From a virus (taxonomy: Duplodnaviria; Caudoviricetes): 63,760 nt of DNA. The notes below the pieces were generated by a model. It saw only the letters and a list, made by a program, of their open reading frames with translations. It searched no databases and was not told the DNA's origin. How positions within the stretch are numbered: the first letter of the stretch is position 1; the number at the start of each line of letters is the position of its first letter. A program made the translations under genes and the position numbers. The stretch spans positions 1 through 63,760 of the IMG/VR virus record IMGVR_UViG_3300022700_000225; one strand, 5' to 3'. Below are positions 27,401 through 34,028 of this stretch, one piece after another.

Positions 27401-28181
27401 CACCTGTACGAAGCAGCTGGGCAGCACGGGGAATGCCGGCCCGGGCCGCGGCCCCTGCGGCTCCTGCACTGACAACCATGGCTGCCATCAAAGAGGGCAT
27501 GGCCTCACCAACAATGCCGGCTGCCCGCTTAAAAGACGGGTTTTCCATAAACGTGCCGGAAAAGGTGAACTCATCCGGCGCCGCCCAACCTTCCTGTGCG
27601 GCCTTGTTCCAGTATTTGGACGCGGTTTTGCCCCAGTCAGAAACAGTGTCAATGTTGGTCACATCCCCGGCCCACCGGGTCACGGAGCCCACGCCGGAGG
27701 CAAGGCCCTCTGTTCCGCGCACCAGGCCCTTGCCGATGGTCTCCAGGTATCCGTGCTGGTTTTCCTCCATGTACCGGTTGCCCAGCCATTCAATATCGTC
27801 AATGGTCAAAGGTTTTTCAGATTTGGGCAGACCCCTTTGCACGTTTTCCCGGTACTTGCGGATGCCGGCGGCCAGAACTTTCTGGTCCCGGTCCGGGAAC
27901 TTTTTGGTCAGAGAGTCAAACAGTTTGTCCTGATTGCCGCCCTTGCGTGGCTCCTGCAGATGTTCCAGGGCGGAGCGTTCCGGCGCCGGGGTCTGGTTGA
28001 GCTTTTGCCGGGCAGGGGCCGGGTCGGCCGAAGCTGTTTCCGGCTGCCTGGGCTGCAGGATGTCATATGGTCTTTGCCCGGCCCCGGGTCTCGGGGAAAG
28101 CACGTCTTTTGCCGGCCGTGCAGGGTTGCCGTTATTTCGCAGGCGATTTAACCGCTCTTCCAAATTGGCATTGCTTTGCAT
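12438..28181 (-). CDS. Giant polyvalent virion/ejection protein (5247 aa): DarB-like N6-MTase + SNF2 helicase, metallopeptidase, LPD23, LPD3-like, ADP-ribosyltransferase, PRTase, PLxRFG and LPD38-like domains
   Basis: ILEPAYGIGHF/NPPF (about 23550-23760); HVVGSGKT, DEAH, QREGRIIRQGN (about 19970-21670); HEGRH (about 18590); HELQH..EGFARGG (about 17800); VVYHGS..GFWFS..QIKSATGNQGTF (about 16100-16720); ILIDDALGQGGT (about 15670); YFPHVRYG (about 14530). Confidence 0.92.
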   Translation of the reverse strand: MQSNANLEERLNRLRNNGNPARPAKDVLSPRPGAGQRPYDILQPRQPETASADPAPARQKLNQTPAPERSALEHLQEPRKGGNQDKLFDSLTKKFPDRDQKVLAAGIRKYRENVQRGLPKSEKPLTIDDIEWLGNRYMEENQHGYLETIGKGLVRGTEGLASGVGSVTRWAGDVTNIDTVSDWGKTASKYWNKAAQEGWAAPDEFTFSGTFMENPSFKRAAGIVGEAMPSLMAAMVVSAGAAGAAARAGIPRAAQLLRTGAKGLSAEGIGAAGGATALGLLEGAPQYEEAREAGKGKAYASGVGLASTMGTALLEYIPISRILKRAGAGGAGKEAAEGAIKRIANGGAEEGMQEASQNLWQNTIAKIGYDKTRNLTEGIVEAIIGGAGAGGMAGGVFGRSTVEALDKKRKKVIDEAKKAGATEEEIQAIEKDLAQQTAQAAGQAERDWTDRVVREMSDDELVETIGATAQSFQSTDQNTAQRANRLMVRLMGEAENRGVAEQARAAAGQTEQINDPVLARQKLNQQAMDQMGEPAAAEQPAPQAGPAQETRPQAEALARQAPRYEKRVENLQARRNNAVARKQKARGKAAKKKIQDEIDGIDAKIFTARQEAARQQRAEAQAAGDIPAEQDRFPDGLDKDIADQERADAQLTEAEGQAPDLKKDERKVIFNAETALKSMRRKMRGKPNNDPGWQQVNELRDHVNDAKKRDPYALYHLHELYGRNLPQPYIAQAVDVPATRKESAPATRSQAEPEGRTPEADAEARAETGTIDTGHELSAGEPLPGTVAVMKSGKPYTKKGIDKLVHDKQKAGEAVEPVDLGNDQWGWRRVDEFDADLSDLPDESSLEGPREARGITPAQDRIRKAARDRQQDMDEILAEEGDYKPSPDAGLQAKAARSAKLDDSGGGKGQALSETAPGGKKFGKVGRNSEGKTVYQDKAGNRFIVENGVRIQAPVDVVPGAGPEAGVKSPKQLYEKGRTQYLTNEEVERFKSADQPRAETVSEAVPEKGAASAKAEERAPARPDGWRAHLMKARQVAKQEGIDTRDKTREQLVEEVDRAGRAAETEGQSAKIPEEAWRNELTGEGRYQAAKTAGYSDAEAGQLSKTLWDYLSQDKKDRLTPHLGEGEAGQTQTPSDVSTQSAEASAQEQASPAETSGAQESGYGETNTVFTRDAADKARELLRKKLGQVSTGLDPEIVQAGIQLAGYHIEAGARSFTAYSKAMMADLGEAVKSYLRSWYEAVRHYPGFDAKGMTDPANIKELDTSEISDIINDKRKAATTETEVSDEQIRASADEQSSGERSGALQEAQESGGSQGVLQDEGRAGDGAERRADGRRDEGLRSGRSGGQGPLRPVDYKITAEDRIGEGGPKQKFKDNLEALRLVKEIGDRYATPAEQAKLVKYVGWGGLPQAFYRPDGSVAKGWEAEAKELKDLLTQQEYEAARSTTQDAHYTNEPIIQGIYSTLQRMGFKGGKILEPAYGIGHFVGLMPADMRSKSHVAGAEIDPLTSKIAKLLYPNQNLAHTAFQDFDIVPNSKDAVVGNPPFGSKKLHDPKHKDLKNFSIHNYFFAKSIKALRPNGLLAMVVSSHMMDKAGGAQRQWLNKHAELLGTVRLPSTAFRSTAGTDVTTDLVFMRKRAEGEKIEGNKWQNLQDVASEKDGVVYRINEYFANHPEMMLGRLAPNKLFPGKVVDGVYDAVAGLSGTYTQADLDKALSRLPENVYQEGQTFEEVQRPEIVVSDPGFAKPYGYTLDDNGQAVRRLPDSEGRQVFQPVLHAGKPLEGKRLERFKGVMKIRDAVRRLIRAEIADDPRMQDYRKALNQSYDAFVKNHGYLNQPANKDLMKDDPTDFPLLRSLEKDFDPGISKAQAKKTGEKARPPKAEKASIFSVRTREPYRAVKKAKDAKEALAVVLREDGAVSMDRIADLYDASAAQAAKDLSGLVFKDPASETWETADTYLSGNVKKKLAEAREAAQDDPAFIENIKALEKVIPEDVPPDKIFFKIGTPWMPTSIYEQFAEEVLKTPATIKYAEGVDQWHVALGRPTGETEFSTRRMSAQKLFQRNLEGREIVVRDKDDDGKTYLNKKETDIAKDAADRMNKAFQDWVLEDMDRREIAAKEFNDKVNTTIEGTFDGSHMIFPGMGIINAGQSRDNQLRDHQKNVAWRLIQKGKGLLDHVVGSGKTFAAIAAGMEMKRMGLAKKPMYTVPNHLVDQWAADFQTLYPGANVLVIGKKDFAKKNRQEFLGRIATGEWDAVVMAHSSFGFIKMPAEHQAKFYQEQISQYEEAILELSQEEGKKTPSVKQMEKARDRIKEKLEALSDKTKDDVVDFSELGVDALFVDEAHEFKNLFYATKMTRVAGLGDPAGSKKAFDLFVKTQYLQEANNGRGVFFLTGTPVSNSIAEMYTMMRYMSYGQLKEMGAAHFDQWANLFASVQNDWQVDATGTRYKLQSQLTFQNVPGMMSIYKDFADVISTKDLREWAESQGNVWPVPNVKGGKPENVVAERSEDQKSFMDWIVHRMDNMPKDPREDNPLKATGEAMKAALDIRLIDPNLPDFPGSKVNLAVENIYDTYQQWNDRKGAQLVFCDLSVPKKAASKHKAEINELRGQIREAEQALESASPENAVELENKYNRLTEKLGKYSFGELIAADSNFSVYDDIKAKLIQKGVPEHQIAFIHDANTDKQKADLFGKVRAGRVRVLIGSTSKMGAGMNVQNKLVALHHLDAPWRPSDLEQREGRIIRQGNEFFKEKLEKGEGIFEVGIHRYSTKETLDTRRWQIIERKAKSIEQLRAGNHQWGESIEDSVGEAANAADMKAAASGNPLILEEIQLRQEIGKLESLRSNHRSQRFSAQGRIKAIETFQERYDDYTADINADLETVKNNPRDDSPEGWEITVDGKTYRAENLVPVSEETRENKKEVKAAREANESALKRAKDAAGNAVEKALKQTAKTGKEFTVTFRGVEFDASRSRHFSAVVLEPQFKAYDVYTRKGNLFPPSYVIDGTGKFADKFSATGFFSRMNNKVNYVENNAESLKDDLAKELEQNKKELPKLKERVDAPFEQEGRLEEAWKRHEEVLGELRAEEEKTDDTEAKDFSRWEQMRSTRFARTARRVPEGAAVPKSVLHKIMDAATGELYSGLKGKIEILNHESELPKTLQDTIEAEGMSGEWLGVFHKDRLYFVADNIAAPDAMAAAHVEWLLRHEGRHLALDQILGGRKGKQAFFGKVATRYKRDVDAFLKKHNISGTAENRAMAAEEVLVEKIRAGETGTLLDRFVSRVAAWVRKLFPNTGLTRADLRMVISRADQVIEKGETGFVGQGLKADPRFLFLGKKAATADTGMLEKAKLAKEKGTASREKIWKTTGWWEIVPGQWSFEIDSGQVRLNRRINQKGMPFQAVIEQVAGEKGYFKLNELIEAPALFKAYPSLMDIRVGVHPVNEAGAGYSHDNQSILVGSQVPASKLKSHLLHELQHAVQRREGFARGGSMSSVEPARGVPRAEQLYRKANSKVRTAMEIKDRDQRSKVNAEAVKLKREADYVARGYAYLTLAGEAEARLTQKRLELSPEKRKAEPPWKTLEAMLKREGLMKMGQNPEEVLTTVYYDDQAGVRFARSDEAGAEAAQRAEARREWAEKGVQSKYFKKWFGDWESAEQYRRVIEMPAMSIEPAAVDKQSARKAYKAAGSAVNQRDGRRILFVTNAFKKILGHRQRDLMLRIIPQFKPLLEKAEPIYSESERDPAKHNNIIAHHNYLSKVNDPDTGDYWVRFTVREASKPEGNELHNAFVSSVEITRAESEHHLAGIRAPGINAQSGPMDKKLKQWLGKVKAEHDQASKVVDENGGPLVVYHGSPTPGFSEFDKSKINSHDPDAPVMGFWFSGNREDADMHGRRPWGRPNAPDSETRAFYLSIKNPASKKDVAKAINQLSKEGKEYTTREITARLKESGFDGYVHEEPTRLTAKQKETLKKTGQVKIDKNRSLRTNEFDSAYVDLYDERVGGLVTDFDGVKDFEAQHAGVYVAFEPEQIKSATGNQGTFDPASPDTRFARTSVKSWPKDFANATLHTSMSKLTGHPEYKKAKAGDARAAISLVRDLVKPEKILNLKKQYPDAVVVAPHAEEAAGKNAIPRVLAEAYRDAGFEVNTDIVQSNRAARTEKDSPLRLVARPEFDGKVQAGRKYILIDDALGQGGTMSELRHFIENNGGEVAAVSALTSGIYGSKIKPDTQIIKKIEDKHGRQQTEKFLREHNIAGKLEALTQKEAHYIARQPSLDDLRDRILAAARQAGIEPGAGQVQGSVQEQVASRQPSEKTDTAKNRDLTSLPDGTTPPAGSEGARFARAGDLPPGLKASDYGAPVKKTRHSGAQIRRAAWGDEQYQPKNPDREFAHFLRTGDLPPNVTFGKDEKKMRVTQRALMLPQWMAKYYPEAFGKLYDRTKKRIETRNDLNTKDVVTLDSFWKLRGENLEAVRDVIWTIDGQDIKGVPDSLIVDAEKGLQVNEEAYPALENWIVKNLGVSKEVAKEVVQVRRVLDNKWTQIDALLARSSEVDRNQIDQFRKDARYKKNYFPHVRYGNHYIQIRDQEGEVVFRSHFDARLNLSQRRAAAKELEKIFARYPEFKNMKVKVGRNENLPEESIYDTPIPTDAISQILKTAAQQAGPDLAHAFEQILPEKVADVLKMRGFGAHTIRQHDIPGHEKRDIQKVLYRYLTGSNGWMTKMEASRDYSKILATLDAKKDPELYKASKNYVSDMLRNSDQHDKRIAWMKSLFFAKYLGASIKTPVLNLTQVIVAGTSRLSMETKRANSRYLGTTGKMLTDALNGKKTLTMEQRRFLHDFYEKGLSGAQFTEEVSGQIARDPVASGWDRFVKLLGIPMAISERFNRTTVGLAAFNIAREGKITNPKTLKKFNKKAGEALSYDEAMAFASEINTDTNFDFGRHNRPELVRADKSPIVRYVAGTGYTFRFFTHNLLSLWKWQWKQGGSGQRALMRSLAAVVAFGGLTSFPLYKTFMAMMRQLTGDDWEEKTVDKLLPDDEDMDWVRDMALYGLPTVGGTTLGSSMSMELPILSRYRVDQSPTGQGARLFAEAIGIPYSMLVDIERTMTAAYNRDPLRALESILPPVIANPIRAHRAYSEGLYTHTGRPIVLPGEVEPRRITAPQAIAKAFGFQPVENQKSWEMTQKIGDLRAYKVRKQRNFADRMAKAVHEGDFKEVRKIAKEVADWNREQAERGRFEYIIDLKHSIATRMQGRQPPEYLRPYAQRLRQRAGM
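15326..15526 (-). CDS. Small overprinted protein (66 aa) nested in the +1 frame at the end of the PRTase module
   Basis: GAGG-ATAAAC-ATG; amphipathic C-terminal helix LTTSEIESLRQHGRQ. Confidence 0.45.
   Translation of the reverse strand: MADSKQKNSSGNTTSPESSKPSPKKKPTTLQDSLRLTTSEIESLRQHGRQVSNQARGKFKDLFKSK
24119..24325 (-). CDS. Small overprinted TnpV-like helical protein (68 aa) nested in the +1 frame just before the DarB MTase module
   Basis: GGAGGT-ATCAG-ATG; PELYKRLRKAGDL...AEEVVVRDLY; the host frame is a low-complexity linker here. Confidence 0.65.
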   Translation of the reverse strand: MNRYAHQLMNNLPERDPELYKRLRKAGDLKAFCKMKGEQAMEQKEELMDGGMRDYEAEEVVVRDLYAL

Positions 28182-28202
28182 TCAAATCTCTCCTGGCGCT
28201 GA

Positions 28203-29585
28203 TTACATGTTCCGGCTTGAGGTCCGGTCCCACCATTTCAGGAAATTGCTGATTTCCTCCTTTACCTTCTGCGGGTTCCGCTCGCGCTCAAGGACTTTGT
28301 TCAACCGCTCTTTCATGCTGCGCACCGCAGGCTTGTCATCTTTTTTGACATCCAGGGAAAAACCCTCTGCTGTTTGCCCCATAACGCTTTGTTTCGGGGC
28401 CCGCCCGGTCTGCCCGCCTTTCGGTACAAGGTAGCGCCGGGCTGTGGGTTTTTCGTCTGCCTGCCGGGCACCCTGCTGTTTTCTCTTCGTTTTTTCATTC
28501 TTTGAAACGTTCTGTTTTTTGGCCCGGGGCTTTGCGGCTTCCTCCTGCTTGCCCTCACCCTCGTCCCAAAAAGCAGATGCAGCCCTTTGCCGTAAATCAT
28601 CCCGGCCGGACTGGCCTGCCCCTGTATCCCGGCCCCGCCGCTTCACCTCATCGGACAGGCCTGCATTTTGGCCGGGCCTTTCCTCGCCGCCCCCGGCCAC
28701 ATCGCCAAACACGCCGGTAATGGCCCTGTCCACCGCGCTTGCGGGCTGGCGCTGAATCTCCTGGCGCTGATCGCCAAAGCCAACCGCTGTGACGGATTCC
28801 TGCGGCGGGCGCATGTCCCTGCCGGCGTCCGCACCCCGGCCCTGGTGGGTGAATTTACGGTAAACCCCTTCTTCTCCGGCCCGGCCTGCATCAACCGGGT
28901 TGCCCTTCTCATCCACAAGGGAGGTCATAAGATTCTGATCAAAGTGCTGACGGTTTTTCAGGCTTTCTTCTCTTGCGGTTTGCGCGGACTCCGGCATGGT
29001 GGCCACCTGCCGGCCCTGTTGCGGAACGATCCCGCCGGCAATCCTGGCCTGGTTTTGAAGCCGCTGCTCGGCCACGTAAGCCTGGGCCTGCTCCGGGGTC
29101 AGAGGGTTGCCGGCAGCGTCTTCCTTGGGCAGGTTTGCCCGGGCCGCCGGATCGTTCAAGGCCTCCATGTGATCCCCGGCAGCGGAAAACGCCTTGTCAT
29201 AATCAATCCCCGGTATGCCGGTGCCGCCGCTCCTGGATGTCGTACCGGATCTGCCGCCCGCCTGCCCCCCGCCGCCAAAAGCCTCGGGCCGGGCCAGCAT
29301 CAGGGATTGCGCATTGGGCGATATTTCCAGAAGGGCCTGTCTCGGGTCTTTTCTGCCAGAGCCAACGCCCTGCATCCGGCCCTGGTTGTAATATTTTTGC
29401 ACAACCGGCTCCATGCGCTCTGAACGCCGGTCCTGCCGCTCCTGGCGGAGGATTTTGTTTTCCCGGGTCCGCCGGGTATTGCGTTTGGACTGCTCCATGG
29501 CAAAATTCTTTTTGTTATCCTGCCTGTGACCCCGAAGCGCCCGGATATTTTCATCCACCAATCTGTCAAAAGTATTGGAAGCCAT
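28203..29585 (-). CDS. Putative internal virion / DNA-ejection protein
   Basis: Charged Gly/Gln/Arg-rich 460-aa ORF immediately upstream of the giant protein. Confidence 0.55.
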   Translation of the reverse strand: MASNTFDRLVDENIRALRGHRQDNKKNFAMEQSKRNTRRTRENKILRQERQDRRSERMEPVVQKYYNQGRMQGVGSGRKDPRQALLEISPNAQSLMLARPEAFGGGGQAGGRSGTTSRSGGTGIPGIDYDKAFSAAGDHMEALNDPAARANLPKEDAAGNPLTPEQAQAYVAEQRLQNQARIAGGIVPQQGRQVATMPESAQTAREESLKNRQHFDQNLMTSLVDEKGNPVDAGRAGEEGVYRKFTHQGRGADAGRDMRPPQESVTAVGFGDQRQEIQRQPASAVDRAITGVFGDVAGGGEERPGQNAGLSDEVKRRGRDTGAGQSGRDDLRQRAASAFWDEGEGKQEEAAKPRAKKQNVSKNEKTKRKQQGARQADEKPTARRYLVPKGGQTGRAPKQSVMGQTAEGFSLDVKKDDKPAVRSMKERLNKVLERERNPQKVKEEISNFLKWWDRTSSRNM

Positions 29586-29589
29586 AATT

Positions 29590-30831
29590 TCACCCCTCTT
29601 CGTTATAAAAAGCTATGGGAACAATCACCAGATCCTCGGCAATCTCGCCCTCGTCCTCTGGTAAAACCCGCACCTGGTCCAAAGACAAAAAGGCCATGCC
29701 CTCTTCTTTTTGCTCCCCCTGTGTTTCTGCCATTTTCAAAATGCCCACCCGGTCGTCTTTTTCGTATTCAAAAAAATCAGAAGCATTGATCAGGACCTCC
29801 CGCCCCTGGACCCGGACCGTGTATAGATTGCCGATGCCGCCGTCTGCCCGGTCTGCTTCCCGGACCACTTCTGTGACAACTCCTGACGTCAGATGCCGGG
29901 TTTCAAACCAGCAGCCGGCATACAAAAACGGGGAAGATTTCTGAAACCACCATACATGGGGCGGAACAGCTGCCGGCTTGCACAAGAATCCGATAAACTC
30001 ACCGGGCACCGGGAACCGGTCTTCTTTTCGCAGCCACAGCCGCAGCCAGCCCTTGGGCCGGATGTCTGGATAAATGTCGGCCGGAAAATGCGAAGCCAGA
30101 ATTTCCACGGCTGTTTTTTCCGTTTCCGCCGGCGCATATCCGCTTTCCAGCAGGTGGCGGCCAAAGCAAAGGTTTTCGCCTGCTCTCTCGCGCGGCGGGA
30201 ACATCTCAGGCGGGATCTGGAAAACAGGCAAGGATTCGTCGCGCAGCTCAAAGTCTTCGGCTTCCAGATGGGTTGCCTCGCCGAAAACCGAAATCACCTC
30301 CATTACCCCCAGTTGTCCCATGGGCACTGCAATATATCCGCTATATTGATCCGGGTCGTATCCTTCCGGCCCACGGGACGGAAAATTGATTCCTTCGCCT
30401 TTTATCTGCGTTTCAAACACGGCCTGCTGCACAAAATAAACCCCGTTGTTCTCCCAGTTCTCGCTTGCCCCGTTAAAACTCCACCAGGGAATTGGATCGG
30501 AGCCCAGCTGGGACAGATTCAAAAGCGCACGCAAGGGCCGGATGCCTCCGAGCTTCTCTGCCAAAAACACCAGCTGTTCATCCACATAAGTCCTCCCCCG
30601 GTCCTCGGTGCCCTCTTCTGTCTCCACAAGGTTTACATGGTTGTGCAGATACCAGACATCATAGGCGATGGGCGCGGCCACATTGATTTCAACACCGTCG
30701 CCGCCGGAATAGTCTCCGGGGTCCAGGGTCAGGTGTCCGCCATCCTGCAACTCCCGGAATTTTTCCAGCACATTGCCGGTCCCGGAAATCCCCTTCAAAG
30801 AGGCAATCAGATTTTTTATCTGGTTTGACAT
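29590..30831 (-). CDS. Virion-associated protein with C-terminal OB-fold-like region
   Basis: 413 aa, coupled to neighbours; SGVVTEV...YTVRVQG...DDRVGILK. Confidence 0.55.
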   Translation of the reverse strand: MSNQIKNLIASLKGISGTGNVLEKFRELQDGGHLTLDPGDYSGGDGVEINVAAPIAYDVWYLHNHVNLVETEEGTEDRGRTYVDEQLVFLAEKLGGIRPLRALLNLSQLGSDPIPWWSFNGASENWENNGVYFVQQAVFETQIKGEGINFPSRGPEGYDPDQYSGYIAVPMGQLGVMEVISVFGEATHLEAEDFELRDESLPVFQIPPEMFPPRERAGENLCFGRHLLESGYAPAETEKTAVEILASHFPADIYPDIRPKGWLRLWLRKEDRFPVPGEFIGFLCKPAAVPPHVWWFQKSSPFLYAGCWFETRHLTSGVVTEVVREADRADGGIGNLYTVRVQGREVLINASDFFEYEKDDRVGILKMAETQGEQKEEGMAFLSLDQVRVLPEDEGEIAEDLVIVPIAFYNEEG

Positions 30832-32357
30832 CAGTCCGCCTTGCCGATGGAATGGGTCATGGTGGTTAAAATATCGGCTGACGCCGCAATCTGGGCCGCC
30901 TCAATGGCCGCATCCCGGGACGTGCGCGATGCCGTACGCCGCGCCCGGTACGGCCATTTGGAAGCCGTGTCCATCCGGGGCTGATACTCGTCTTCATGGT
31001 CTGCGGATTCATGGTCCGCCTGCAGCTTGATCCGCCGGTAAAGCAGGGACAGAAGCTGTGCGGTCAGCTGAATGTCCATGCGCTCCAGCCGGTGACGGTG
31101 CCGCGCGTTTTGCTGATTTTGCTTCAATCCGGCAATGGTGTCTTCAATGGCGCGGACCGCCTCAGTATGGGCCACTTCATCAGAAATGGTTTCCTGTTGG
31201 ATCTCTGCCATGGCAACCCGGTAGGCGTAGATCTCCAGGCTTTTTTCCGCCACCTGCTGCCGGATCTCGGCCATGTCCATTTCTTTTTCAAGCAAAGGCG
31301 TCTGGGCGATCTGTTCCCGGGCCCGGGCCACCTGCACTTTCATGTTGGCAATGTCTCTGTCGGTTTTGACTTCCTCCAGGACAACGCCCTTGATCCGGGC
31401 CTCTGTCTGAGCAATATCGGCATCTGTGTTGACACCCCGAAGATCGGCCTCGATAACGGACTGCTCGGCCCGCTTTCTGGCAAGCTCGGCATTGGACAGC
31501 TCCAGGCGCACCCGGTCGGTCTGCAAAATCTTTTCTTCCGTGTTGGCCTGCTCGATCTGGAGCCGGGCCATGTCCCGCCGGTGCTCCACTTCTTTTAATC
31601 CGGTTTCCACAATCTGCATTTGCGTGCGCAAAATGTCATGGCCCGCCCGGGTGATCTGTAAATCTTTTTGCGCCTGCTCCAGTTCGGCCCGGGCAACCTG
31701 CAAATCCTTTTCATCCAACCGCATGTTTTGTTCAAGGATCTGTGTTTCTTTTTGGGCAATGGAAATATCGGTGCGGGCCGCTTCAATATCCTTATAGGAA
31801 AGCTCGGTGTCCTTGGCCGCCAACCGGGTTTCTTTTCTGGCCGCATCCATTTCAGCCCTGGCAATATCGACATCCACCATCTGCCGGTTTACATCTTCGC
31901 CGTAGATCTGCGCCTGCAGCTCTGCTATTCTGGCCCCGGTCTGCTTCTCTCGCTGCTCCAGCCGCACACCAAGGGTCTCAAGGGATTTGTAATCGGCCTG
32001 CAATGCCTCAAACCGGGCGTCCATCAGGGCGTCATCGTCTGCCACCTGCTCTCTGCGGCCGGCCATCTGCGCGTCATGCACGGCTTTGTCGATCCGGGCC
32101 AGATACCGCTTTGTAACAATATCAAGGACCGCCTTTTGCTCTTCTGCGTCCAGGGCCGCCATTTTCTGCTCATAGTCGGCCACGATCATTTCAAGCTCGG
32201 CGTCCTTGTATGCCTGCAAATACTGCCGGCCGTTTAAATAGGCCGAAGCGTAAAGCCCGAACACCAATGCCCGGGCCTGGCGCTGGTCAGCGGTCATGCC
32301 CGGCATGGAAAACATAAAGGGTTTCCAAATTCTGTTTTCGCGGTTTGTCATGCTCAT
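30831..32357 (-). CDS. Long coiled-coil virion protein
   Basis: Heptad-repeat ORF; likely start MSMTNRE at 32357. Confidence 0.7.
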   Translation of the reverse strand: MSMTNRENRIWKPFMFSMPGMTADQRQARALVFGLYASAYLNGRQYLQAYKDAELEMIVADYEQKMAALDAEEQKAVLDIVTKRYLARIDKAVHDAQMAGRREQVADDDALMDARFEALQADYKSLETLGVRLEQREKQTGARIAELQAQIYGEDVNRQMVDVDIARAEMDAARKETRLAAKDTELSYKDIEAARTDISIAQKETQILEQNMRLDEKDLQVARAELEQAQKDLQITRAGHDILRTQMQIVETGLKEVEHRRDMARLQIEQANTEEKILQTDRVRLELSNAELARKRAEQSVIEADLRGVNTDADIAQTEARIKGVVLEEVKTDRDIANMKVQVARAREQIAQTPLLEKEMDMAEIRQQVAEKSLEIYAYRVAMAEIQQETISDEVAHTEAVRAIEDTIAGLKQNQQNARHRHRLERMDIQLTAQLLSLLYRRIKLQADHESADHEDEYQPRMDTASKWPYRARRTASRTSRDAAIEAAQIAASADILTTMTHSIGKAD

Positions 32358-32380
32358 TGCTAAACCTTTTTTTTCAAGCC

Positions 32381-32662
32381 CTACGAACAAAGCCCGCAGG
32401 ATTTGCATTGCTCCTTGAGGCCGCATGCTCCACAACCTCCGCAACCGCGACTCTCATCTTTTTTACTGGGATGAAAGTCCAACTCCAATTCAGCTATCCG
32501 CGCAATGGCAGCCCGCCTGGTCGGCTGCTCTTCGATTTCATGCTTGCTGCTGGTCATATCGGCGTCTGTGCCTTCGACGAGCGTAATCACCCTTTGACCG
32601 TCATGGACAATCCGCCATGCCCGGCCTTTGGCTTGGATTGTCTTGTTTTTGGAAATAATCAT
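32381..32662 (-). CDS. Small protein with Cys-rich C-terminus (fibre-associated?)
   Basis: Follows the LRR gene; tail GCGGCGACGLKEQCKSCGLCS. Confidence 0.65.
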   Translation of the reverse strand: MIISKNKTIQAKGRAWRIVHDGQRVITLVEGTDADMTSSKHEIEEQPTRRAAIARIAELELDFHPSKKDESRGCGGCGACGLKEQCKSCGLCS

Positions 32663-32671
32663 GGATGGGTC

Positions 32672-34027
32672 CTATATATTCGCTGTTACAGTCCAGTCAT
32701 TGGTTTGCAGTGTTTCCAGACAGACCTGCCCTGCCTCGGAAGGAGCTGAATTATTGCCGCCAATATCGAGGGTGCCTCCAGATGCGTCATCGAATCCAGC
32801 AAGGTCACAAAGAAAATCATCGACCTCCTGCTGTGACAGGCCAAGGTTTCTGAATTTTAGGGAGAACCTGCTCCAGGCAGAAGGCCAGTCCAACGTAGTT
32901 GATGTATACGTATCCACGGAGGTGTCGGACAGCTCCAGAGTGTAAAGCGAAGGCATGCTTGCAAGAATTCCGATATCTCCGTGAACACCGGTTCCGGACA
33001 ACCTGATAGTCCAGGTATTAGGCAATGCTGAAAGCGATCCGATATCTCCGTACACAGGCGCATTCGTCAGATCCAGCAAACCAAAGGAAGCGCCGGATAG
33101 ATTGCTGACGTCGCCTGTAACTTGCGTGTCGGACAAGGATAAAGAGCCCATTTTGGATAGATTCGATAAATCGCTAAGATCCCCTGTAACGGAAGTCTCT
33201 TTAAGTGCAATGCGTTCAAGGCCGGACATATAAGAGATGCTGCTCAGGTTGCCATCAATCCCGGAAGAGCTGTTATTGCAAGATAGAACAAGTTCAAGCA
33301 AACCATTTAAACCGGACAAACTGTCAATACTTCCATATACCTGGGTTCTATTCAGACGCAGCCCTGTCAAATCTGGAAAATTGCTCAACACGGCAAGGTC
33401 GCCGCCAAGCGAGGTATTTCCCGCGTAAAGCGTCTGTAACTTGCTCAAGCTGGACAGCGACATGATATCCCCGACAACCGAAGTATGGTGTAAGCGGATT
33501 TCAGTTAAATCCGTCAGTCCCGACAGGCTGCTGATATCACCTGAAACAGAATTATAGTTTAAACGCACAACCTCAAGACACCGGAGCTCTTCGAGGTCGC
33601 TCAGGTCTCCTGTGATGTTTGAAAAGGCCAGATTCAAATGTTTTAACCTTTTCAATTCACCCAACGAGCTGAGGTCTCCTGCCAGGCTATATGCGAGGGT
33701 CACGTATATCCTTTCCAGATAAGGCAACTTTCCAAGATGGAAAAGCCCGTCTCCTTCCATATTTTGGACTCTTGGCAGGTTAACCTCGCGGACATGACCA
33801 TTGCGAACGACAACGCCATGCCAGTTGCCCGGGTTTGAATCTGCAAGCCACCCTTGTTTGGGGTTTTCCCCAATGCTGCTGGACCACTCGGAACCATTTG
33901 TGGCATTGAAAAAACCGACAAGCGCATCCAACTCGCTTTTGGGTATCCGGGGGCGGACGGCCGGATTCCGGCGAATTCCGCCGAAAGGCGGGGCTTGAGA
34001 ATTGGCTGCTGGTGAACTTAACGGCAT
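32672..34027 (-). CDS. Leucine-rich repeat protein, putative receptor-binding/spike protein
   Basis: About 12 repeats of about 23 aa (GDLSxLxxLxxLxxLxLxxTxVT); N-cap ALVGFFNATNG..W...WHGV. Confidence 0.9.
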   Translation of the reverse strand: MPLSSPAANSQAPPFGGIRRNPAVRPRIPKSELDALVGFFNATNGSEWSSSIGENPKQGWLADSNPGNWHGVVVRNGHVREVNLPRVQNMEGDGLFHLGKLPYLERIYVTLAYSLAGDLSSLGELKRLKHLNLAFSNITGDLSDLEELRCLEVVRLNYNSVSGDISSLSGLTDLTEIRLHHTSVVGDIMSLSSLSKLQTLYAGNTSLGGDLAVLSNFPDLTGLRLNRTQVYGSIDSLSGLNGLLELVLSCNNSSSGIDGNLSSISYMSGLERIALKETSVTGDLSDLSNLSKMGSLSLSDTQVTGDVSNLSGASFGLLDLTNAPVYGDIGSLSALPNTWTIRLSGTGVHGDIGILASMPSLYTLELSDTSVDTYTSTTLDWPSAWSRFSLKFRNLGLSQQEVDDFLCDLAGFDDASGGTLDIGGNNSAPSEAGQVCLETLQTNDWTVTANI

Positions 34028-34028
34028 G

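Noticed and set aside
13241-27475. Other same-strand alternative-frame ORFs inside the giant gene
   Set aside because: They have Arg/Trp/Ser/Pro-rich shadow composition, unlike the two retained nested ORFs.
26619-28151. Long antisense ORFs (also 1418-2323, 29893-30828, 61376-62212 and others)
   Set aside because: They are shadows of GC-rich genes on the opposite strand, with no motifs or RBS.
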